Positions 52,116-64,000 of a stretch of 64,000 bases of DNA are shown here, piece by piece. The stretch comes from Octopus vulgaris. Lineage: Eukaryota. The DNA lies in the NCBI GenBank assembly GCA_951406725.2, contig OX597819.1:27280001-27344000 (forward strand), written 5' to 3'. The notes under the pieces were generated by a model. That model was not told the DNA's origin. It did not search any database and worked only from the letters and a program-made list of their open reading frames with translations. How positions within the stretch are numbered: the stretch's first letter is position 1; each line of letters starts with the position of its first letter. The position numbers and the translations under genes were made by a program.

Positions 52116-54661
52116 TTACCTGCGGATAAAAGTTTACTCGAATTATACGCCTTAATGTCTTTTAACACATTATGATTAATTGGTTAAGTAAAGCTAATTA
52201 AGACATTTATGACTATCTGCTTCATTAATGGTAGTTATACCATACTAAATAATTAGCTAAGCGTTGGTTTTTAAGGCATCATAATTATCTGATTACATAG
52301 TGGTATTTAAGGCATTCTAATTAACTGGATAATTAATGATATTTAAGTCATTATAATTATATTTAAATAAAGGGTGTTTCAGGCATTAAAACTAATAGCT
52401 CAATTAATGGTATTTAAGACGTTATAATTATCTACTTACTTTAGGGCACTTAATTTATTATAACTAATTAGTTAATTAATGGCATTTGTACATTATAAAC
52501 ATCTGGCTAATTAATGGTTTTTAAATATTGTAAATTATCTGCATTGTTAATGATGCTATCTGCAATTCGGTTTTCGTGCTTATCACAACCTGTTTTCTTG
52601 AAGGTTAGGTAGTAGCCGAAACAGTGCAATTGCGAAAACATGCGGCTGAAATAGGGGCCACAAAAGGATTTCTAAAGTAACGTTACTCGACAGAGCGCGT
52701 AGCTCGGAGATCAGGGCGTCTCTTCAGGTCGAGCCGCTACTTCTCCGCATTAAAAGGTCACGGCCCCGAGACTACGGACATGTGATAAGAATGTCGTGGG
52801 AAAAGAATCGCAAAGGGAAATTCTTCAAGCCGAGCCAGCTGGTAGGAGACTTTGGGGGTAGACAAAGAACGGAATGGTTAGATAATATCCATAGGCGCAG
52901 GAGTGGCTGTGTGGTAAGTAGCTTGCTAACCAACCACATGGTTCCGGGTTCAGTCTCACTGCGTGGCATCTTGGGCAAGTGTCTTCTCCTATAGCCCCGG
53001 GCCGACCAATGCCTTGTGAGTGGATTTGGTAGACGGAAACTGAAAGAAGACTGTCGTATATATGTATTTATATATGTGTGTGTATGTTTGTGTGTTTGTG
53101 TTTGTCCCCCGATGCTAGTGTGTTTACGTCCCCGCCACTTAGCGGTTCGGCAAAAGAGACCGATAGAATAAGTACTGGGCTTACAAAGAATAAGCCCCGG
53201 AGTCGATTTGCTCGACTAAAGGTGGTGCTCCAGCATGGGCGCAGTCAAATGACTGAAACAAGTAAAAGAGTAAAAGAGAGAGTCTAAGCTGATCACACAT
53301 GGGATTCAAGCCAGAAAGTCTAAAGATGGTTGCATCTGATAGGACCCTGTGGGGGTATCTGGACAAAATCCCACCGAGAACAAAATTCCACCGGACAATT
53401 TTACACAAAATTATCAACTGATAAATATTTTAAATTCTTTTAACTTTCACGTTCCTAAAATATTTTTATTGTAAAGAAGGAACAATATCCTGAGGGATAT
53501 TGACTGCCGGGAGATTTTGTCCGGGAGGATTCTGTCCCGTGGGGGGTGGGGAGTTATATTTTGTCCTAGTACTCCCTGCGGAGGAGGTGCCTGAGGACTA
53601 GGCAGCTAGATGGATGGATGAATGGATGGATGGATAGGGTAATGTTACTTAAGCCATTAATTATTCACTCAATTAATAGTAGTTAATACGTTATAACTAA
53701 CTGACTTACTGAGGGTACTCAGGGCATTATAAAAAAAAAGCGGGGTAAAAAAGTAAAGACCCTCTTCGACCATGAATGACCATGGGATTGCACCTAGAAA
53801 GTTAACCTCCGCCGCACAAAACTGGGCAAGGTTGTTTATGGAAGACCAGCTCCCATTTCCACCGATGTTATCCAAGGGAAAGGCCGATACAGCTTGACAC
53901 CAGTGACAAATCATTTCTGCAGCTAAGTAAACTAGATCAACGTGAAATAAAATGTCTCGCTCAAGAACACAACACACAGCTCGGTCCGGGATATCGAACT
54001 CACTGCCTTATGATTGTGAGCCCGATGCTCAAACCACTGAGCCATGCGCCTTCACAAAGTAAGAGAAGGGCATCATAACTATCTGGTTAATAAACGCATT
54101 ATAATAATTCAATTAAAGTTGTTTATTACAATCGACTACATACGTGTGATTTTGTTGAGTTTCAGTTTGTCTTTTAAAATGTAGTGCTAGAGATGATACG
54201 TTATTTTACACTTTTACTGCTATCGCTTACTGGACTGTGGCCATACTGGAGCCTCCTCTTCATGAACTTTTAGTTGATCGTTTTTGTCGATCCGCTATGT
54301 AACGGTAAGTAAGGAGACTCAACATGAAACACCGTTTCTTGCATCCATGTAAAATCAAACATGGTCACGCTGGCAGAATCGTTAGCACGCTGGACGAAAT
54401 GCTTAGCGGTATTCCACCCGTCCCTAGGTTCTGAGTTCAAATTCCGCCGTTGTCGATTTTGCCTTTCGGGGTCGATAAATTAAATACCAGTGAAACATCG
54501 GGGTCGGTATAATCGACTGGTCCCCTCCCCACAAAATTTCAGGCCTTGTGCTTATAGAAGAAATGAATATAGTAGAAAGGATTATACGTAGCTTTAAACA
54601 TTAATCTTTCTCTCTCTCTCTCCCTATACATACATACACACATACACACACACACACACAC

Positions 54662-54716
<55 letters not shown>

Positions 54717-54724
<8 letters not shown>

Positions 54725-54867
54725 AATGAGGTAATCAGATCGGATGGTTCATATTTATAGATATTTATTTATATATTACATTTTTTACATATATATCTCT
54801 ATCATATCATTCAGATCATATCATTCGGATTATTAGCGCTTTCTCCCAATCCAGTGGGGTTTTCAAA
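54717..54867. mobile_element. Short (TA)n-associated repeat, absent from copy 1
   Basis: Inverted homologue of 34405-34541; copy 1 reads ACATATATACATATTGGACTC at 41923-41943. Confidence 0.75.
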
Positions 54868-55281
54868 TTGGACTCTTCTATCGATTTCAACGTCCATTAT
54901 GATAGCCTAACATCATATTTATTTTCTTTTGTTTTACTTCAGATGTCTTTGTCTTTTATGGGACTTTAATCATCTGCTGTTTCACCTCCTCCATTTTTCT
55001 TTTCTTTCTATTCCTTTCTTATCTCTCTTTTTCCCCGTTTTTTTTTTTTTTGTTTTTTTTTTGTATTTAAATACGTATGGAAGTTGTAACATCGAAGTCA
55101 TGAAAGAAGTTACTCGTGATTGAATCAAATCGGAAACTCCAGGGTGACGAAACAAGATTCATAGCAACTTAGCCATAACAGTACTTTATTTCGTTAGTTC
55201 TTCTCTCTCTCTCTTTCTCTCTCTATCTCTCTCTCTCTCTTTCCCTATCTATCTATCTATCTATCTATCTATCACTCTATA

Positions 55282-55337
<56 letters not shown>

Positions 55338-56972
55338 ACACACACAGTCACTCACTTTCTCTCTCGCTCTCAAAGAGGAAGGGGAAGATCACACTGATTT
55401 GAATCAAAATACACAAAAATTCCAATAATGTTCTCTCTCACTCTCTCATTTCTCTCTCTCTCCCTATCTCCTTCTCCCTTTTTCTCTCAGTCACTCGGTC
55501 AGTTTCCCATATCAGTCAGAATGTTAAAAACTTCTCACGAAATATGTAAAATTAAAGCAAAAGTGATATTACACGAAACTAAGAACTTTATAATCAGCTG
55601 ACGACATCCAGTGACTTAACGATTGTGGCTAAATTAAAAACCATTCAAGCTTAACCTTAACCTTAGATTTGTCATAAATATATTTATACACACACACACA
55701 CACACATATGTAGGAGCCCTTTTGGCTTAGTGGTTAGGGGCATTGTGCTCATGCTTGTAAGATTGCGATTTCGATTCCTGGCTGGACTGAATGATGCGTT
55801 GTGTTCTTATGCGAAACACTTCATTCCTCGTTTTTCCTGTCCACTCAGCTCGCAAAAAAAAAAAAAAAAAAAACAGTGTGATCCTGCGGTGGACCGGCAT
55901 CTCGTTGAGGAGTGATGTTGCGGAGGATGATATATACGATACGGAATTCAAGAAACCAGCTTAATGAACACATGTTCCGGGAAGGTTCATTGGATTCTTG
56001 TTTTTGATTAGCGGTTGTGTGGTAAAGTAGCTTGCTTACTAATCACTTGGTTCCAGGTTTAGTTCCACAGCGTGGAACTTTGGGCAAGTGTCTTCTAATA
56101 TAGCCTTGGATTGACCAAAGCCTTGTGAGTTGGATTTGGTAGACGAAAACTGAAAGAAGCCTGTCGTCTATAAATATATGTGTGTGTGTGTTTTATGTGT
56201 ATGTTTTGGTGTCTGTGTTTGTTCCCCCACCATCGCTTGACAACCGACGTCAGTGTATTTTCGTCACCGTAACTTAGTGGTTCGGCAAAAGAGGCCGATA
56301 GGGTAAGTGGTAGGCTTACAAAGAATAAGTCCTGCGATCGATTTGTTCGACTAAAGGCGGTGCTCCAGCATGGCTACGTTCAAATGATTGAAACAAATAA
56401 AAGAATAAAAGAATAGGTGGTCTGATCAATAAGTATCCGAACTCTTGCCACAGTAACAAAGCAAAAGCATGCAAAGTGAAGCCAGCGTGGCCGCAGTCAA
56501 AAGAATAAAAGAATATATAGATATATCTGGTGGGGCGCGCAATGGCCCAGTGGTTAGGACAGCGGATTCGCGGTTTTAGCATCGCGGTTTCGATTCCCAG
56601 ACCGGGCGTTGTTAGTGTTTATTGAGCGAAAACACCTAAATCTCTACGAGGCTACGGAATGGGGTGGTGGCGAACCCTGCTATACTCTCTCACCACAACT
56701 TTCCCTCCCTTATTCTTCCTATTTCTGTTGTACCTGTATTTCAAAGGGCCAGCCTTGTCACACTCTGTGTCACGCTGAATCTCCTCGAGAACTACATTAA
56801 GGATACGCATGTCTGTGGAGCGCTCAGCCACTTGTACATTAATATCGTGGGCAGGTTGTTCCGTTGATCGGATCAACTGCAACCCTCGTCGTCGTAACCG
56901 ACGGAGTGTCACGATAAATTAATATATATTATGGTTACATACATCTACACACACACACACACTACACACACA

Positions 56973-57026
<54 letters not shown>

Positions 57027-57265
57027 GTATATCCTTGTATATTTACATGTTTCAGTCATTAGGACACGACCATGCTGGGGCACTACCTTGAATTTTTAGC
57101 CGAATGAATCTCCCTCAGTACTTCATTTTAAAATCTGGTACTTATTTTATCGTTCGCTATTGCCGAACCGTTAAGCTACGGGGAAGCAAACGTACCAGCA
57201 TCGGTTCTCAAGCGGCAGTGGAGGACAAACACAGACACAAAGACACAACTACACACACACACACA

Positions 57266-57319
<54 letters not shown>

Positions 57320-57742
57320 CACACACTTTGATAGGTTTCGGCCAATATTGGCCCTAGTCATGTCTAACTTAATATATGTATGTGTGTGTGTGTGTGTGTG
57401 TGTATACGACGGGCTTCTTTCAGTTTCCGTCTGCTAAATCCACTTTCAAGGCTTTGGTTGGTACGCGGCAATAGTAGAGATATTTGCCCAAGGTGCCGTG
57501 CAGTGGGACTGAACTCGGAACCATGAACCATACAAGCATGCCTGCACTTATATCTATACACACACACACACACACACACATACATACACATACACACACA
57601 CAAACAAATACATACACGCACACACACATATACATACGTTATATACTATGTAACCGCCTGTTGGTGTCCGCTAGTGTGTGTGTGTATACGTCTAGTCATT
57701 AGTTCGTTGGCATAAAACAGCTGAACATTCAAAACAGCACGT

Positions 57743-57780
<38 letters not shown>

Positions 57781-57938
57781 CTTCATGATTCATTTATTCT
57801 CATGAGGATGTATTTGACCTCGTGATCATAAGCCAAGAAAACACACTTCACTTCACAATTAGCTCGGTACTCCAGCACCGAATTGTTCTACCGCCCTCTA
57901 ATTCTCTTTCTGCAAACCTTCTTCCCCACCTCTCTTTC

Positions 57939-58051
<113 letters not shown>

Positions 58052-58961
58052 TTACCTACCTACCTACCTATCTATCTATCTCAAAACATACACATATACA
58101 CTATATGTAATATATATGCATATAAATATGTATATATATAAACAGGCGCAAGAGTGGCTGTGTGGTAAGTAGATTGCTTACTAACCACATGGTCCTGGGT
58201 TCAGTCCACTGCGTGGCACCTTCACACTAGGATACGTAATATACTTTCTAAATACCAATTTTGCTATATTGTCAAATACTTTTTTATATTCTTTTACTTA
58301 TTTCAGTCATTAGACTAAGGCCATTCTAAGGCTCCCACATTGAATGCAAGAAACGGTGTTTGAAATGGAGGTCACCGCGAGTCCATGGAGTCATGTAAAG
58401 GCCAAAAGGATGAGGAGGAAGATTAAATCACGAGCATTATCAACACTATAATCAGTGATGACCTCCTCTCTCTCACACATACAAACACACATACATATGC
58501 AATCGATAGATCTACTAGAAACAGTAACTTAATAAACCTCGACCGACTTGGTGGTTCAGTCTTCAAAAGCTAATACATAGAACAATGTAATTGCGGGAAT
58601 CCACGATGCTTGTGATCACGACTGCAATATGCAATTCGACCATAGGTCTGCTAGTTCAGGGACAGCATAGAGCGTAGTAATATCCTCGTCCTCGAGGTTG
58701 TCGTCGTTGTCATCATTGTAGTCGCCAACATTATCATCATCATCATCGTCATCGTCGTCATCGTCGTCGTCGTCATCATCATCATCATCGTCGTCGTCGT
58801 CGTCACCGTCATCGTCGTCATCCTCATCCTCCTCATCATCATCATCATTATCATCCTCATCCTCCTCATCATCATCCTCATCATCATCATCATCATCATT
58901 ATCATCATCATCCAAATCATCATCATCCAAATCATCATCATCCTCCTCCTCCTCCTCCTCC

Positions 58962-58995
<34 letters not shown>

Positions 58996-59030
58996 CCTCC
59001 TCCTCCTCGTCATCATCATCATCATCGTCG

Positions 59031-59088
<58 letters not shown>

Positions 59089-59099
59089 CCTCCTCCTCC

Positions 59100-59154
<55 letters not shown>

Positions 59155-59159
59155 CATCC

Positions 59160-59190
<31 letters not shown>

Positions 59191-59269
59191 CATCATCCTC
59201 ATCATCATCATCATCATCACCATCATTATCATCCTCATCTCATCATCATCATCATCATCATCCTCCTCC

Positions 59270-59321
<52 letters not shown>

Positions 59322-59781
59322 ATACCAATTCATACATATATAATGATAAAAACGAAACTCTGCCTGTCCGTCTGGGACCCTGAATCTCAGACTATATTTG
59401 TTCAACATAGTAGAGAAATTATACCTTTTGGGAATCAGGATGATCCCAGGAATGAAAATCTGCCCTTCATGTGCTACTAGATCCTCCAGCATTGAGATCT
59501 GATTTAAAAGCATATTTTTAGCAGGCAAAAGCTTGGCTGATTCACGCCATCTTGATGACGTCAGAGATCAAGGGGAGATAAATAACATAAACTTCGATAA
59601 TTTTACGTCGAGATAAGAACTTTGGGACAAATTGTCCAACAGTTGGAATTCAACTTAAATGGAATAATTGCATCGCAGAATTCATTTTCATTTGTCCTTA
59701 ACCTTTGATCAAACACGACCGGGGCATATAGTCATTATAGACGTATTATAGTCATGCTATTCAGCCCTGTTTAGTTTGGGG

Positions 59782-59837
<56 letters not shown>

Positions 59838-59841
<4 letters not shown>

Positions 59842-60480
59842 AAGGGTGAAAAGGAACACACGAGTTGATATATATGAAAAAACAAGTAAAAAATAGAAAA
59901 TGCTAAAATAATTTTATAGTGAACATTTCAGTACCGGTTTCGGTCATTTTGAGACCTTTTCAACTGTAACGATTAAATAATTAAATTTAGAAAAATTAGA
60001 AGAAAAGTTTTTTTAAAAGAATATTTCTATAGTAGTGTTCAGATTTAAGTGGCATTCTGCCTTTCTCTGACTCCCTTGTTCGAGGTAGTTGTGAGTTCTT
60101 GGTAGGGTAGTAGAGGGAAGGCTGGTGAGGAAAGGGGGTGGGAGAATCTGGGAGTGCCCTGATGGTCGTATTTTGAATGGTCAGTGGCGGCTGGCAGTCT
60201 CAGTTCAATTCAGGAGAATATTTATATTGACAGGCTTGTTTATAGAATTAGCGTAGGTGTTATACTAAAAAACATTAGTGACAAACTTAAGGGGTAGGGG
60301 GTGGAGAAGAAGAAGAAGAAGAAGAAGAAGAAGAAGAAGAAGAAGGAGAAGGAGAAGGAGAAGATGATGGTGATGGTGGTGATGATGATAACGATGATGA
60401 TGAAGAAGAAGAAGAAGAAGAAGGAGGAGAAGAATGTTCACTATAAAATTATTTTAGCATTTTCTATTTTTTACTTGTTT

Positions 60481-60485
<5 letters not shown>
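59838..60485 (-). mobile_element. Penelope-like element fragment with inverted 3' end and variant hammerhead
   Basis: Perfect 53-bp inverted repeat 59875-59927 / 60433-60485; minus strand CAG-TTGAAAA-GGTC-tcaaaat-GACC-GAAACCGGTA-CTG at about 59929-59966; KYSPELN* (PLE-like C-terminus) at 60223-60200; (TA)n on both sides. Confidence 0.75.
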
Positions 60486-60536
<51 letters not shown>

Positions 60537-61503
60537 CCCCTTGTGGGCAGTAAAGAAATATATATATATATACTAGTGCAATATGGCCGAATGCTTAGAA
60601 AATTCGCTTCGCAGCCATGAAATCACACGTTCAATCCCACTGCGTGACATCTTAAGCAAACGTTATTTTCTATAGCCCCTGGTTAACCAATACTTTGTGA
60701 GTTGAGTGAAACTGGGTAGACTTTATAGAATACAATCGGGTGGATTGTACCAGTAACTCAAAGATGCAGTTTCTGATTGAGAATTGCGCCAAGGCAACAC
60801 ACATGATTATAGGATACTCAGCCACTTGCACACTAACTCAAGGAGCTGGTTATTCGAGAAAGTAATCGTCATATATATATACATATACATATATATATAT
60901 ATTTATGACGAGCAGTATCGCCCGGCGTTGCTCGGGTTTGTAAGGGAAATAACTATATAAGCATTTTTAGAGATGTAAAGTATAATAGCCATCTCAATAT
61001 GGCTAACAACAAAGGGGGGTTACTGTAGCTTTTTACGTTCTGAGATTTAATAATAAATTTTTAGAGAGTTACTTCCCTTATATATGCCAAAAATGCATTA
61101 AAAATGGGAAAAATTGATGGTAAAGTTTTTTTTAAATCGTAGACTCATCGTAGACGCGCGCTAATACCCAGAAGGGCTCGATATGAATCACGACTATAAG
61201 ATACTCGGTTTTGGTTAAACTGCACCGCAAAATGTGGGAGTAGTTAGGAATCTAAATCGTAGGAGACAGACAGCACACAACCTCACTTTTATATATAAAG
61301 ATATATTTTAATGTTTGTTTTTATGTGAAGTTATATATAAAATTACTTTAACATGAAAGTGAAGAATCACGGAAGAGTTTTTAATAGAATACATATAAAC
61401 GTATGTATTAAACTCCGAAGTCACTGTCGTTCTTTGCTTGTAAAAGTTAAAAATGTAGACTTATAGACAGAGAGAGAGCAAGCAGTCGGTGGGACGGACG
61501 GGT

Positions 61504-61581
<78 letters not shown>

Positions 61582-62251
61582 CAGATAGACAGACAGATAG
61601 ATAGACAGACAGATAGACAGACAGCAGACAGATTAGTGTGTGAAAGTAGGTAAGTAGGTAGGTAGGTAGGTAAACAGATAGGTAGATGGGATTTGGATGT
61701 TGGTAAGTAGGTAAATAGATAGGTAAGAAGGTAAGAAGATGGATTAGCTGCGAGCAAAGATGATCGAGTTTCGACATATTGAAACGCACAAAGAAATGAT
61801 AGCAGAGTTTGGGTGGTCTCGTAGAACTTTTGGATAGGAATGGTATAAATGGTATTGGAGCATAAAGACATTTCTTGTGAGTAAACAGGGGGTAGAGGGA
61901 AGCCGTCGTGAAATGAATATGTGTAAGAATACGCAAGAGTGCACACAAACACACGCACTATCACGTATTAATAATATGAATAATATAGGTATGTATGTAT
62001 GTTTGTATGTACGCATGTTTCTATGTATGTATGTATGTATATATGTATGTATGTATGTATCTATGTATGTGTTGTATTTATTTATGTATGTTGATATGCA
62101 GGTATGTGTATATAAATGTATGTGTACGTGTGTCTGTGCATGTGTGTGTGTGTGAATATATACTTACGTATATATATTTATATATATATATATATATATA
62201 GATGTATGTATGTATATATGTAGGTATGTATATATATATATACACACATAT

Positions 62252-62282
<31 letters not shown>

Positions 62283-62306
62283 TACACACACATATATATA
62301 TATACA

Positions 62307-62356
<50 letters not shown>

Positions 62357-62385
62357 CATATATATAGAGAGAGATATATACACAC

Positions 62386-62523
<138 letters not shown>

Positions 62524-62709
62524 CTTTATTGGCCGCACAGTGTTGAACACAGAGGAGACAGACAGACACACAGACAGACAGATAGATTGAGTGATTGATT
62601 GATATACACTTATACAGACACACACACACACACACACACAACACACACACACACACATATATATTTATACCTAGACGCGCATGCATGCACACATGTACAT
62701 ACACACTTA

Positions 62710-62756
<47 letters not shown>

Positions 62757-63161
62757 GCAAACATTCAAGCGTACACACACACACACACACACACGCGCGT
62801 TCAATCACGCCACCATATGCTACTGATTCACAGCTTCATCACTTCTATCAGTTTCACATTTTCTGCTCCATTGATAAAAACACAACTGTACAGGCTTCTC
62901 TACTCAAATCTACTCCACTGCGCACCACCGTACGCTATAGTACTGTACCTTACTGTACTGTGCAGTGACGTACAGTCATTTATACTGAATTATTCAGAAT
63001 AGGGTTCAATCGAGCGATGTTCCTGTTCTGCTCAATTTAACATCACTATTGCTCTGCATCACAAATTGATGTGTCAGTATGCAACGCATACCTACACACC
63101 TTATAATTGCACGTACGCAGGCATAAACATATATGCATGCAGATAATAAGCACGTGCATAC

Positions 63162-63205
<44 letters not shown>

Positions 63206-63238
63206 GCAGACACTCACACGCGCGGATATGCATGCATC

Positions 63239-63289
<51 letters not shown>

Positions 63290-63374
63290 ATATATACATA
63301 TTTGTATGTATATGTCAAACAACATGTATATGTAAACACGCAGACATACATACACACACACACAACACACACAC

Positions 63375-63416
<42 letters not shown>

Positions 63417-63460
63417 TTGTATGTATACTGTCAAACATACATGTATATGTAAACACGCAG

Positions 63461-63544
<84 letters not shown>

Positions 63545-63557
63545 ATATATATATACA

Positions 63558-63610
<53 letters not shown>

Positions 63611-63766
63611 GAAACTTACATGCATATATACATACATACATACATACATACAAGACAGAGTGAGGGAGAGATAGAGAGAGAGGGAGAAAGAGGGAGAGAG
63701 GGAGAAAGAGGGAGAGTGAACGAAAGAAAGAAAGAAAGAAAGAGACAGACACACACGTAGACAGAC

Positions 63767-63849
<83 letters not shown>

Positions 63850-64000
63850 GTTGCAATTAAGTATCATGCAGGGTGGGGTACCCGAATCAGTCTGTTAATT
63901 TTATTTCTGTCCCTTGCCCCTTGCGACAAGTTTTCATTAAAGAAAATGAATTTTTGTTCTCATTACGGTTACAATCTTGATTAGACATTATATTTGGCTC

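Overview
AT-rich, microsatellite-saturated eukaryotic DNA with no recognisable host protein-coding gene. The repeat content suggests an octopus (coleoid cephalopod) intron or intergenic region; this is an inference. Almost all listed ORFs are translations of simple repeats. The window holds at least four tRNA-derived SINE families, LINE fragments (RTE, Rex3/Expander-like RTE, R4/Dong, a second RLE family tied to (CATA)n, L1/Tx1), Penelope-like element (PLE) remnants, a decayed mariner with related MITEs, hAT- and MULE-like MITEs and non-autonomous Helitrons. The main discovery is a 2.2-kb element at 21740-23969 set in (TA)n. It is built of near-identical 534-bp monomers in two inverted tandem arms, and carries four copies of a well-formed type I hammerhead ribozyme, like a retrozyme or PLE pLTR array. 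Two further variant hammerheads lie at about 34670 and about 59930. Positions 39401-51583 recur at 52116-64000 across a 100-N gap, probably as two haplotypes. Comparing the copies exposes several presence/absence insertions, including a twin-primed (5'-inverted) RTE LINE and a hammerhead-bearing PLE that arrived with its own (TA)n flanks and deleted its target.
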